From NCBI GenBank assembly GCA_049647165.1, contig JBARXB010000037.1:15608-79607 (forward strand): 64,000 bases of DNA. The letters run 5' to 3'. This DNA is from a bacterium. GTDB taxonomy: Bacteria > Hydrothermota > Tepidihabitantia > SM23-42. The notes under the pieces are model-generated. The model made no database searches. It saw only the letters and a program-made list of their open reading frames with translations, and was not told the DNA's origin. Positions within the stretch are counted from its first letter, which is position 1, and every line of letters begins with the position of its first letter. Both the position numbers and the translations under genes were made by a program. This document shows positions 9,856 to 19,144 of this stretch, piece after piece.

Positions 9856-9883
9856 TTGACAATTCCAGAATCGTATATATAAT
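9856..9883 (+). promoter_or_regulatory. sigma70-type promoter TTGACA-16-TATAAT
   Basis: TTGACA at 9856-9861 and TATAAT at 9878-9883, upstream of the PurF-like gene. Confidence 0.6.
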
Positions 9884-9983
9884 ATAGTGTATATTATATT
9901 ATTTTGCTCTATATATAGTGTTATAAATCGGTGTCATTGTATATTTACCGGATAACAAATAATTCAAGAAAGGGGTTTTGGAA

Positions 9984-11396
9984 ATGAGCGGTATCGTTGC
10001 TTTTTTTTCAAAAAAGGATTGCAAAGAAGACCTTTTTTACGCTACGGACTATCATTCACACCTTGGTACGTCATACGGTGGAATTGCGATCTACGACGGC
10101 AAAAAGCTCCAGAAGAAGATACATACGATCTCCCGCGCGCAATTTAAATCGCGTTTTAGTGAAGATAGTGATTTTGTAGAAATGAAAGGGTATGCCGGAC
10201 TTGGTGTTATCAGCGACCGCGATACCCAACCTTTGATAATGAGGCTCAAGTTTGGTGAATACGCTATTTGCGGGGTTGGCTACATAGATAATCAGGACAA
10301 ACTCGCCCGGCAGTTGATCAAAGAGGGTGTTGTGTTTTCTGAAATGCCCAATGGTAAGGTCAACCAGATCGAACTTGTTGCCAAGTTAATAAATAGAGGA
10401 AAAACATTGATCGATGGCATCGCTTATATGCATGATAAGATCGACGGGTCATTATCATTGCTCCTGCTTGGTAAAGAGGGCGTTTACGCGGCACGTGATA
10501 AACTCGGTCGAAGCCCTTTGGTGCTGGCGGTTCGAAAAGGTGACCGGATAGTCGTTTCGGAAACGTGTTCTTATAAGAATCTTGGATTCAAGACCCAGAA
10601 ATTTCTCGGTCCGGGTGAGATAATTTTAATTAGCGACGGCAAAGTCAGGCAGCTGAAGAAGCCGGGTAAAGTCATGCAGCTGTGCACTTTTCTTTATGTG
10701 TATGCCGGGTTTCCCGCATCCGAGTATGAGGGAAAGAATGTTGAGGAGTTCAGGGAGTGCTCAGGGAGGATAATCGCGCGCCGGGATAGAGTGAAGGTCG
10801 ACCTGGTCGCCGGTGTGGCGGATTCGGGTACGGCATATGCCCACGGTTATGCTCATGAGTCCGGTGTTCCGGTTCGCATACCTTTGCTCAAGTACACACC
10901 TGGTTGGGCAAGGAGTTATGTGCCGCCGTCTCAGGAGACCAGGGACCGCGTAGCGCTCATGAAGCAGATCACGGCCGATGCCCTGATCAAGGGTCAGCGT
11001 ATGGTGATAACCGAGGATTCTATAGTGCGCGGCACCCAGCTTAAGAACTTCCTTCTCGTCAAATTATGGGATGCCGGTGCAAAAGAGATCCATATTAGAC
11101 CCGCCTGCCCGGCGCTCTTATACCCGTGCAAATTCCTTTATTCAACGAGAAAGCTCGATGAGTTGTTTGCCCGAAGAGTACTCAAACGTATGTTCGGCAA
11201 GCATATCAAGGAAATGGCACCATATTTTGATCCAGAGTCAAGGCCATATAAAAAAATGTTGAAACTCATGGAAAATGATCTCAACGTGGATTCCTTACGC
11301 TACCAACGATTAGAAGATATGCTTTCAGCGACTGATCTGCCAGCCAGGCGATTATGTACTTATTGTTGGACCGGTAAGGAGATCAGCGAACAATAG
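9984..11396 (+). CDS. amidophosphoribosyltransferase (PurF)-like protein lacking the N-terminal catalytic cysteine
   Basis: The N-terminus MSGIVAFF replaces MCGIVG. The PRTase core is conserved: VADSGTAYAHGYAHESGVPV, RSYVPPSQETRDRV, ITEDSIVRGTQLK. C-terminal Cys cluster CTYCW. Confidence 0.7.
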   Translation: MSGIVAFFSKKDCKEDLFYATDYHSHLGTSYGGIAIYDGKKLQKKIHTISRAQFKSRFSEDSDFVEMKGYAGLGVISDRDTQPLIMRLKFGEYAICGVGYIDNQDKLARQLIKEGVVFSEMPNGKVNQIELVAKLINRGKTLIDGIAYMHDKIDGSLSLLLLGKEGVYAARDKLGRSPLVLAVRKGDRIVVSETCSYKNLGFKTQKFLGPGEIILISDGKVRQLKKPGKVMQLCTFLYVYAGFPASEYEGKNVEEFRECSGRIIARRDRVKVDLVAGVADSGTAYAHGYAHESGVPVRIPLLKYTPGWARSYVPPSQETRDRVALMKQITADALIKGQRMVITEDSIVRGTQLKNFLLVKLWDAGAKEIHIRPACPALLYPCKFLYSTRKLDELFARRVLKRMFGKHIKEMAPYFDPESRPYKKMLKLMENDLNVDSLRYQRLEDMLSATDLPARRLCTYCWTGKEISEQ

Positions 11397-11455
11397 AGTT
11401 TGGTTTTCGACTTCACTCCTTGACATCACTGGTAAATTATTTATGATTAGTTGTC

Positions 11456-12064
11456 ATGATTGAGATATTACTCGGTATTTTTTATCTGCTTTCCATAGAT
11501 ATCAGCTCTGACAATGGGGTATTCAGCGCGCAAGTCGATTATTCCGGCGGCACTAATTGTGTTGTTCAGCAAATAACAATGTACAGGGACGGGATGTGCT
11601 TGTACACAAGAGAAAGACCTGAGGCACATACATTTTATATCAGTGATATCGGTACGGTCTTTGCCTTGAGTGATCAGCAGCTCTATTTTTACGATCAACA
11701 GGGAAATGTGAAGACCCTTCAGGATCTAATTTTTCCCAACGGATTTGGATTCTCAACGGACAATCATAATTTCTTTGCTTCCGACAGAAATGAGCTCAAT
11801 GTTTATGCCCGAACCGGTGAGCTGGTCTATAAATTAAAACCTTGTCGCTTATGTTTGGGGTTTGAGCATGGTCGGTTCATCGCAACGGTTTCAAACGACA
11901 CTTTGTTTTTCTATGAAGACGGCATCGAAGTTGCGACAAGACGTCTATCAACACCCTATATTCGAACCTTGCGTATTTCAGAAGATAAAAGATCTCTTAT
12001 CATAGAAATGCCGAATTCTTTTGAGGCTGTTGAATTTCCTTTTGGAACAAAGAGGGAAAAGTGA
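11456..12064 (+). CDS. hypothetical protein
   Basis: ORF only. Its stop overlaps the next gene's start (GTGA), suggesting co-translation with the M23 peptidase gene. Confidence 0.45.
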   Translation: MIEILLGIFYLLSIDISSDNGVFSAQVDYSGGTNCVVQQITMYRDGMCLYTRERPEAHTFYISDIGTVFALSDQQLYFYDQQGNVKTLQDLIFPNGFGFSTDNHNFFASDRNELNVYARTGELVYKLKPCRLCLGFEHGRFIATVSNDTLFFYEDGIEVATRRLSTPYIRTLRISEDKRSLIIEMPNSFEAVEFPFGTKREK

Positions 12065-13275
12065 TCCTCGTATATCTTATTGCTATTGGTTGGCCGCTTG
12101 CGCCGACGGATTCCTTGCAGCCGCTCGGTAATAACTGGGGTGAGTACCAGGATTATGGTGGTTGGCCATACCTGCATTCAGGTATCGATGTCATGGGTAT
12201 TACTATTGAACGCCCGGTTTATGCAGTACAGGATGGCTTTGTCAAAGCATGGCTAACGACATCGGGTGAATGGCACTGGCGTCTGGCGATCGCTGATTAC
12301 GAGACCGTTGATTCAGTGGAAGCCTGGTTATATGCTCACATTGATCCATATCAGTATCACAAGGATCTCGGTGATACAGTCGTCGAGGGTGAACTCATCG
12401 GTTATCTCGTTGAGTGGCCGGTTACGGGTTTTGATCACCTTCATTTTGCCCGTATCAAAGACGCCGGTTCAGTATGGCCGGTCGGTGATTGGGCGTTCAT
12501 TCAGAACCCATTGGTGATCATTGCCCCGTACGACGAAACGACCGATCCGGTTTTTGAAGAAGCTTATACCGCAAATAAATTCGCTTTTTGCCAGAACAAT
12601 ACAAGCAGTTACCTACCAGCCAATAATCTTTCTGGCAGTGTTGATATAATCGCCAAGATATACGATGATACGGGTCTTCCATTACCCTATGCAGAGTGGG
12701 AGAAGTTAATACCTTATAAGATCGAATACGAGATCCATGGTCCGCAGAATTTAGCGCCCATCCTTTCCTTTATTTTTCACGGCGTTCTCCGGTATACGGA
12801 AAATGTTGATGTAATATACAAGGACGATTATTTGTGTGATACGCGCGGGGATTATACTTTTCGTGATTATTATTTTATCGTGACCAATACTGATGGTGAT
12901 AGCATAGTTGAGGCATCAGATGCTGCGTTTTCCTGGGTTACCACAAATTACCCGGACGGTGATTATTGGGTCATCGTGACCGCATATGATGCAGCTGGGA
13001 ACTGGTCAAAAGACAGCATGCTCGTAACCGTCAATAATGTCGGTATCACCGAGCATCGCGTGGCTGTCGATATAAATAAGCTGGAAATCGTACCTAACCC
13101 GAATCGCGGTTCTTTCATGCTCAATGTATCACATGAAGCAAAAATTTATAACGCAAACGGACAACTCATTACCTCAGGCTGCGGGCCTTTCAGCGGTCTT
13201 GCTCCCGGCATATATTTTGTCTTTTATGACTACAATAATGAGGTGCTTTGTAAAAAAGTCGTTGTGATCGAGTAA
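12061..13275 (+). CDS. M23/LytM-family metallopeptidase with T9SS C-terminal sorting domain
   Basis: HxxxD (HSGID) and HxH (DHLHF) motifs. The C-terminus IVPNPNRGSF...GIYFVFYD...KKVVVIE is a T9SS CTD. Confidence 0.7.
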   Translation: MILVYLIAIGWPLAPTDSLQPLGNNWGEYQDYGGWPYLHSGIDVMGITIERPVYAVQDGFVKAWLTTSGEWHWRLAIADYETVDSVEAWLYAHIDPYQYHKDLGDTVVEGELIGYLVEWPVTGFDHLHFARIKDAGSVWPVGDWAFIQNPLVIIAPYDETTDPVFEEAYTANKFAFCQNNTSSYLPANNLSGSVDIIAKIYDDTGLPLPYAEWEKLIPYKIEYEIHGPQNLAPILSFIFHGVLRYTENVDVIYKDDYLCDTRGDYTFRDYYFIVTNTDGDSIVEASDAAFSWVTTNYPDGDYWVIVTAYDAAGNWSKDSMLVTVNNVGITEHRVAVDINKLEIVPNPNRGSFMLNVSHEAKIYNANGQLITSGCGPFSGLAPGIYFVFYDYNNEVLCKKVVVIE

Positions 13276-13305
13276 ACCAGATTCTACAGTTTTACATCTA
13301 ATTTT

Positions 13306-13767
13306 TTATTCAATTTGTTTTTTGAATTCCTCGATAAGCAAATCATCCAATTTATCTGCATTGAAACTGACCCGGTCTTCCATTAGTTTAAGTTCTTCTG
13401 CATCCAAACCTTTGAGTTCACGGTTTGCCGAAAGATACAGGACATCCTGTTTGAGAAAGAACTTCACACCGATGAGTTGGTAGTTGATTTCAAGAAGCCG
13501 TCGGTAAAAAGGCAGTAGATGCCTCGAAGGGATTTTCATGACCGGGCAGGATATTTCTATATAATAGATATCATTCAGTGGAAAAATCTCAGTGTAGATG
13601 AGTGCTGAACCACGGTAGGCTGACCATAATGTTTTGGGACGATGACGGCATTTCTCCGGATCAAGGCCGTGACTGGCGATCATATCGTTGACCATTTTTT
13701 CATAAAATGGTAGATCGATTGTTATTTTGTTATCGCCTTTATCATCAGGTTCTTTCTTTTTAAACAT
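13306..13767 (-). CDS. YbjN-like (type III secretion chaperone-like fold) hypothetical protein
   Basis: I prefer the start at MFKKKEPDD, which has SD AAGGAG. The upstream extension in the ORF track overlaps the protease gene. The YbjN/DUF1821 resemblance is from memory only. Confidence 0.4.
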   Translation of the reverse strand: MFKKKEPDDKGDNKITIDLPFYEKMVNDMIASHGLDPEKCRHRPKTLWSAYRGSALIYTEIFPLNDIYYIEISCPVMKIPSRHLLPFYRRLLEINYQLIGVKFFLKQDVLYLSANRELKGLDAEELKLMEDRVSFNADKLDDLLIEEFKKQIE

Positions 13768-13777
13768 CTTAATCTCC

Positions 13778-14593
13778 TTATTCGTGTAGTCTGTAACCGC
13801 AGTTCTTGCAGAAATTCGAAGAACTATCATTGGCAGTACGGCACTTCGGGCAGTTTGTCATGCTGACATTGACCACCCTTGGTTGGGCATCTACTGCTTT
13901 CATTTCTTTCTCTTTGTTCTTTTCGATCTTTTGAACTCCGCAGTTCATACAATATTCCGCTTTGAATGTTTTTATGAAATCGTCATTTAAGAAACCACAT
14001 ATCGGACAATAGTACATGCTCAACAATTTATCGAAGTCACGGTTCAAGGTATCGAGTGTTGTTTTCAAAGCGTTGACCGGAACTGCAAAACTCATATTGT
14101 CAGCACCGCTAACAACCCAGGTATTCATACCCACTGCTTCTCCCTTCAGGTTGATTAGCGGACCACCGCTGTTCCCGGGATTTATCGGCACGTCAGTCTG
14201 CACATAATCTATACCTTTGACAATACGGTTCTTGCAGCTGATAATACCTTTTGATACGGTAAAATCATAACCGTAGGGATGGCCAATGGCAATAACCTGT
14301 TTTCCTTCTTTCTGTGCCGAGCTGTCCGCTAATTTGAGCGGAACGGAATTCTCTACATCGGCTATAGCAAAACTAAAATCATAGTCGTTGTTTGAAAAAA
14401 CTACCGTGGCATCAACTTCTCTGTCATTAATCAGCGTTACCCGTATAAATGTATTCAATTGCACGATATGTTTATTCGTGACCAAAAGACCTTTATCATT
14501 GAGAAAGAAACCTGTACCGCTCGTGCCGTTCGATAGTTTAATGATGACGATGCTCTTTTTTAGATCTTCAATAATCGTTGATAGATCACCCAT
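13778..14593 (-). CDS. trypsin-like (S1C/HtrA-type) serine protease fused to two C-terminal zinc ribbons
   Basis: GNSGGPLIN catalytic serine motif. CPICG...CMNCG and CPKCR...CKNCG zinc-ribbon pairs. SD GGGGAGG. Confidence 0.75.
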   Translation of the reverse strand: MGDLSTIIEDLKKSIVIIKLSNGTSGTGFFLNDKGLLVTNKHIVQLNTFIRVTLINDREVDATVVFSNNDYDFSFAIADVENSVPLKLADSSAQKEGKQVIAIGHPYGYDFTVSKGIISCKNRIVKGIDYVQTDVPINPGNSGGPLINLKGEAVGMNTWVVSGADNMSFAVPVNALKTTLDTLNRDFDKLLSMYYCPICGFLNDDFIKTFKAEYCMNCGVQKIEKNKEKEMKAVDAQPRVVNVSMTNCPKCRTANDSSSNFCKNCGYRLHE

Positions 14594-14674
14594 TATGCCT
14601 CCCCATTATCTGTATTTATATCCCAAGATTATAATAATATTTCAGTGATAATCAAGCTTTGAGCAAATTCCCCC

Positions 14675-14702
14675 TTGACAGATTATTTGATTTGTGTAAA
14701 AT
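14675..14702 (+). promoter_or_regulatory. sigma70-type promoter TTGACA-16-TAAAAT with TG extension
   Basis: TTGACA at 14675-14680 and TGTG-TAAAAT ending at 14702. This would give a roughly 80-nt leader before the cold-shock gene. Confidence 0.55.
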
Positions 14703-14786
14703 AAACTCAGGCTATACCGTAAGTTGGGGGATGTGCGCTTTACATATCCTTATTCAACATAATATGTAGCTTGAAAGGAGTAATAT

Positions 14787-15002
14787 ATGCCAACCTACGG
14801 AAATGTGAAGTGGTTTGATGGTAAGAAGGGATACGGTTTTATTGAGAAAGAAGATGGGTCAGGTGACGTTTTTGCTCACTATGCGGATATCGCTGGTGAC
14901 GGCTACAGGACCCTTAGAGAAGGCGAAAGAGTTAAGTTTGAAATTACCGAAACCCCGAAAGGGGAAAAAGCCACACAAATAGAACGCGTTGATCGTGAAT
15001 AA
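14787..15002 (+). CDS. cspA: cold-shock protein (CspA family)
   Basis: RNP1 KGYGFI and RNP2 VFAHY motifs, typical length, SD AAGGAG. Confidence 0.9.
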   Translation: MPTYGNVKWFDGKKGYGFIEKEDGSGDVFAHYADIAGDGYRTLREGERVKFEITETPKGEKATQIERVDRE

Positions 15003-15015
15003 ATGGAACCGATTG

Positions 15016-15042
15016 AAAAAGCCCCCGCATGGGGGCTTTTTT
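15016..15042. terminator. bidirectional intrinsic terminator
   Basis: AAAAAGCCCCC-GCAT-GGGGGCTTTTTT lies between two convergent genes. Confidence 0.8.
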
Positions 15043-15072
15043 ATTGTATTACTGCAGGATACTGCCTGATGA

Positions 15073-16194
15073 TTATGCTTTGGCAGTTTTTTTCTTGCGA
15101 CCGATGAGCAGGTAGATAACAACGATCGCGATTATAACGAGCAGAATTAAAGCGATCGTATTGTGAAAGATCATCGAGATGAGGATAGTGATCACCGAGA
15201 GGATAAGGGCGACAACAAAGGTAATCACCCCGATCAAGCCGCGACCCACATTTCCGAGAAAAGGCAGGACATCGAGGATTGCACTTATCGGTCCAAAAAC
15301 GAGCGACAGACCTATCCACATTAATAGGAAGCCGACGATTCTCAATATCCAAGCCATTACTTTGTGCTCGGTCTTCAATTGAACTATAGCTTCATCCTTT
15401 GTTCCGGTAAAAGCACGGTACAGTCTTGTTTTACCTTTATGAAAATAAGCAACGATTTTTTTGTCGTCCAATTTACCAAAAAGCGTTACCTTGATCCCTG
15501 CATGAACTGCTTTGAAACTTATCCGCAGGTCACCGATCCTTGGATTTTCGTATGACCCGGATCCCATGAATATATAGTCACTGCCGATAAGCATTGCATC
15601 CCAATGTGCGATGGCGATATTTCTATTCAGTTCAATATTTTCTGAACTCGGTAATGTGGCTGTTTTATGATCAAAGGAATATATGCCGATTTTAGTTTCA
15701 TCCACATAAAAGGTTTTCGGTTTTACTGGCATCGATGGATTCTCATGGCCCTCTGGTATTTTAAATTCACTCGATTCCTGCGGATTTGATGTCCAGGTTT
15801 TCTTATAACGATAAGTAGTTTTTTCTTCGGTACCACCACCCGTTTTTTTCTTTGTCTCGGTTTCGGTCTCTTCAATCCAGGCATACATTTCAACTATACG
15901 GTCAAGCATGATGTATTTACCTGGTTTCAGGTACTCGGGATCACCGAGCAATTCGGCCGTTGTAACGGGTCCGGTTACAGCTACCAGTTTACCTTCTGCA
16001 GAGGCTTGAAATGATCCATGGTCTACTACAATAGCTTTTTCAGCGATCGTACCGAGATTGACCCGGCCTTCGCTGTTCCATAAAACCACAAATGAAACGA
16101 TAAACATAATAGCACCGACAAGCACGCCTATTATCGACTTTACGATATTCTGTCCCCATCCAGTCTTTTTGACCTCAGTATAAACTTCAGGCAT
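15073..16194 (-). CDS. TMEM43/DUF1625-family membrane protein
   Basis: The N-terminal TM is followed by WNSEGR, then a long soluble region and a C-terminal cluster of TM helices. This architecture and motif are recalled for DUF1625. Confidence 0.6.
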   Translation of the reverse strand: MPEVYTEVKKTGWGQNIVKSIIGVLVGAIMFIVSFVVLWNSEGRVNLGTIAEKAIVVDHGSFQASAEGKLVAVTGPVTTAELLGDPEYLKPGKYIMLDRIVEMYAWIEETETETKKKTGGGTEEKTTYRYKKTWTSNPQESSEFKIPEGHENPSMPVKPKTFYVDETKIGIYSFDHKTATLPSSENIELNRNIAIAHWDAMLIGSDYIFMGSGSYENPRIGDLRISFKAVHAGIKVTLFGKLDDKKIVAYFHKGKTRLYRAFTGTKDEAIVQLKTEHKVMAWILRIVGFLLMWIGLSLVFGPISAILDVLPFLGNVGRGLIGVITFVVALILSVITILISMIFHNTIALILLVIIAIVVIYLLIGRKKKTAKA

Positions 16195-16315
16195 ATAACC
16201 TCCCTTTTACCGTATCACTATTTATATTAGAAAGTATAGTTATCTATAGAAAATATGCAAGTGCATTATCGGTAAGATTAAAAAACCACAAGGTGGTGTG
16301 TAAATAGGTTATGAG

Positions 16316-16933
16316 CTAACGGATCCTTAAAATAAAGCCGGTGTCATTAATGAAAATATCAACCGTGTCCTCATGCGGATACTGGAACGCCCCAATACCA
16401 TAAGCGGCATCGATAAGAGGTATCTTTTTACCATGCATCAGCAGAAATCTCCATAACTTTGTTTCCGGCTGTATTTGATAGACTGAAGCTATTTGCTTTT
16501 CAGGATCTGACCAGCGTCCGGTGAACCTTGTAACTCGATAATAAGAACCCGCGCCTAACCATCTTAGCGCAAGACCCCATCTCAGGAAATACCCTTCGAT
16601 CATCCATTGCTCGCCAGATATATTGAACCAGTGATACTGATCTTTCGCTGCATTGTAAAAAGTCACTTTTGTTGTCCCGCTATCTCTTTCCGCATATACC
16701 CAACCGAGTTGATTTTCGCTGGTATAGCGTGAAAAAGTTTGGAGGAACAGCGAAAGGTAAATGAATGATGTGGCAAAAGCAAATGTTATTAGAAAGATAA
16801 TGAATGATGATATGAATTTTTTTAAGGATGTTTTCTTTTTTATTAAATTGATAATAGCAGAAATAATCACTACAATGGAGACGACCAGCAAGATAGTACC
16901 GACCAAACCTATTATTAACGTAAATTTATCCAT
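16316..16933 (-). CDS. hypothetical membrane protein
   Basis: Two N-terminal TM segments and SD AGGAG. No motif recognised. Confidence 0.5.
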   Translation of the reverse strand: MDKFTLIIGLVGTILLVVSIVVIISAIINLIKKKTSLKKFISSFIIFLITFAFATSFIYLSLFLQTFSRYTSENQLGWVYAERDSGTTKVTFYNAAKDQYHWFNISGEQWMIEGYFLRWGLALRWLGAGSYYRVTRFTGRWSDPEKQIASVYQIQPETKLWRFLLMHGKKIPLIDAAYGIGAFQYPHEDTVDIFINDTGFILRIR

Positions 16934-16960
16934 TTATTTCTCCTGCGGATTATGATAATA

Positions 16961-17137
16961 CTACATTTCTTCTTCATTCATATAAGGTATGAATAGATCA
17001 CTTGCCGCACCGCATACTGGACAGACCCACTCATCTGGCAGGTCTTCAAAAGTAGTCCCAGCCAAAATTCCGTTGTCCGGATCACCAAGTTGCGGTTCGT
17101 AAACATAATTGCAGCCAGTACACTGCCACATGTTCAT
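16961..17137 (-). CDS. rubredoxin
   Basis: 58-aa ORF below the ORF-track cutoff: [49 protein letters not shown]. CxxC and CPxCG pairs are present. SD AAGGAGG. A TTGACA-16-TAAAAT promoter lies at 17163-17190 on the minus strand. Confidence 0.9.
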   Translation of the reverse strand: MNMWQCTGCNYVYEPQLGDPDNGILAGTTFEDLPDEWVCPVCGAASDLFIPYMNEEEM

Positions 17138-17261
17138 TATGGGCCTCCTTTGTCCGCGTAAGATTTTAATAAAAATATGAAACCTGTCAATAGGTTAGAA
17201 GCATCGGTCATTTCTGTCTTGACAAAAGGACTAAAATACCTATCCTCTATTGAGTTAGGAA

Positions 17262-18014
17262 ATGCGTTTGACAAAAAACAATACTAAGAAAAAAACTTCT
17301 TTTTGCTGGCGCGGCAAACACCTCAAAGTCGATATTCTCTATTCAAGAGCAGGTGTGGCTCAACAAGTATTCGTTAACAGTAAACAGGGGAGTATTCTAA
17401 TCGATGCAGGTGACGGGGTTTTGCGTGATCTTTGGACACGTGCTTTTGCCTGGGAACGATTAAAAGGAATAATTTTCACGCACGGTCATTTTGACCACAT
17501 CGGAGGTCTCTACTCGCTACTGGCATTCATGCGCATGATCGGCCGAAAGGGTTTGCTTGAGATCGCGGCACCTGAAAATTGTGAAGAAGTGGGGTGCCTG
17601 ATCGATTGTTATCTGCAGAAGTACTCGACAACGAGTCCCTTTCAGTTAGCTTTTAAATATCTGAAGCCAGGACAGAGTATCCAGATCGCGGGTATGGTCA
17701 TACAAGCATATAAAGCTGTGCACTGTGGTAGTATCAAGACTATCGGGATCACTTCTCAGTTACCTGCCTTGAGTTACCGGTTAGTCGCTGACGGAGAAGT
17801 AGTTGCGTTAAGCGGTGATACAGGTAAGAGCGCACCTTTGAAGGAATTGGTGAAAGATGCTGATCTGGCGATTCTCGAGGCCACTTATGAGAAGTCGAGC
17901 GACGTATCTTCGGAATATCTTGAGAAGGTGCACCTTTCCGAGGATATCGCACACGAAATCGGCAAATTAGCCAAGGAATATATTCTCATCCATAAAGCGA
18001 AAAGACAGCAATAA
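17262..18014 (+). CDS. MBL-fold metallo-hydrolase (RNase Z/beta-lactamase superfamily)
   Basis: HxHxDH motif (FTHGHFDHIGG). Confidence 0.7.
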   Translation: MRLTKNNTKKKTSFCWRGKHLKVDILYSRAGVAQQVFVNSKQGSILIDAGDGVLRDLWTRAFAWERLKGIIFTHGHFDHIGGLYSLLAFMRMIGRKGLLEIAAPENCEEVGCLIDCYLQKYSTTSPFQLAFKYLKPGQSIQIAGMVIQAYKAVHCGSIKTIGITSQLPALSYRLVADGEVVALSGDTGKSAPLKELVKDADLAILEATYEKSSDVSSEYLEKVHLSEDIAHEIGKLAKEYILIHKAKRQQ

Positions 18015-18066
18015 GTCTTATAGTCGTCGATACAAATATATCGCGACTTGATAAAAGGAGATTACC

Positions 18067-19065
18067 ATGCAAAGCAAGAATATTATCCGGGTAATGAAAT
18101 ATTGTGTGGTGTGTGTGGCCGTCATAAACTTCAGTAATGCGCAGGCTACATCTGATACATGGTTGGTATTGAACAAAGATAACAAATACCCTGCCGGTAT
18201 TCATTTGCCATGTCCGCTTAGAGTTGATGGGGTCATAAGACAGGGTATGCATGATTTTGGTAATTATGAGATCCAGACGAGCGGGCAGATATATGCCGAG
18301 GATTATCTTGTTGCTCTTGGTGGGGTCCATATCGGGGGGACTGGTGATCCGGGTACTGATAATCTAATTGTTGATGGCAAGATAGCCGTCGGCAAGACGA
18401 CCGCCTGGTCGGATCTTGATGTGGACGGTGATATCATCTGCGAAAAGCTCATGATCGGTCAGGGAAGCGGTTCAAGCTCCTGGGATCTGTATGTCCGCGG
18501 TCAAACTTTCATGTCTGACGAATTAAAGGTCGAAGATGATATATATGCACTCGGTGGTATTCATATAGGCGGTACTTGGAGTCCGGGTTCAGATAATCTA
18601 ATCGTTGATGGTAAGGTTGGTATTGGAACGACCAGTCCTTATGAGCGGCTCCATGTCGATGGTCGCGTATATATTTACGACATGAGCGGAACTTCAAGCG
18701 GTTCTGTTGTGCGTTGGTATAATAATAGATTATGTTATGAAACATCATCGCGCCGCTTTAAAAGCGATATCCAAGCTCTCGCCGCTGATTTTATGAAAAT
18801 ACTCGACCTTACGCCCAGCTGCTATATCGATGAACTGAGCGGTGAGCAGGAGATTGGATATATCGCGGAAACATTTGATTCACTTGGTTTGAACGATCTC
18901 GTGATATACCGCGAGGATATACCCGAAGGGATAAAATACGAGCGCATCGCCGTATATCTGGTCGAGATTCTAAAGATGCAAGCGCAAGAACTGCAAAACC
19001 TCCAGCAGGAAAGGAAAAGCCTGGAAGAGCGCATTACCCGTCTGGAAAAACTTATAAGCGGGTAA
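18067..19065 (+). CDS. secreted tail-fiber-like protein with C-terminal S74 intramolecular-chaperone (autoproteolytic) domain
   Basis: Signal peptide. Duplicated unit LGG(V/I)HIGGT..PG(T/S)DNLIVDGK. C-terminus SSRRFKSDIQAL...GYIAE...IKYERIAVYLVEILK is followed by a coiled coil, matching the S74/endosialidase-chaperone pattern. Confidence 0.65.
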   Translation: MQSKNIIRVMKYCVVCVAVINFSNAQATSDTWLVLNKDNKYPAGIHLPCPLRVDGVIRQGMHDFGNYEIQTSGQIYAEDYLVALGGVHIGGTGDPGTDNLIVDGKIAVGKTTAWSDLDVDGDIICEKLMIGQGSGSSSWDLYVRGQTFMSDELKVEDDIYALGGIHIGGTWSPGSDNLIVDGKVGIGTTSPYERLHVDGRVYIYDMSGTSSGSVVRWYNNRLCYETSSRRFKSDIQALAADFMKILDLTPSCYIDELSGEQEIGYIAETFDSLGLNDLVIYREDIPEGIKYERIAVYLVEILKMQAQELQNLQQERKSLEERITRLEKLISG

Positions 19066-19144
19066 CCTGGTATTTCAAGCCTTGAACGTGTGACCCCTTG
19101 ACTTGATGCCATCTTCATATAGTCTTTGATGTACCGAGGATAAA

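Noticed and set aside
9884-9983. Purine or ZTP riboswitch in the AT-rich leader of the PurF-like gene.
   Set aside because: A few words (UAUAAA, UUUACCGG) resemble purine-riboswitch junctions. However, I could not build the P2 and P3 helices, and the leader lacks the conserved loop sequences.
18067-19065. Prophage region around the tail-fiber-like gene.
   Set aside because: No capsid, terminase, integrase, portal or lysis genes lie in the flanking 10 kb. The neighbours are ordinary metabolic and secreted-protein genes.
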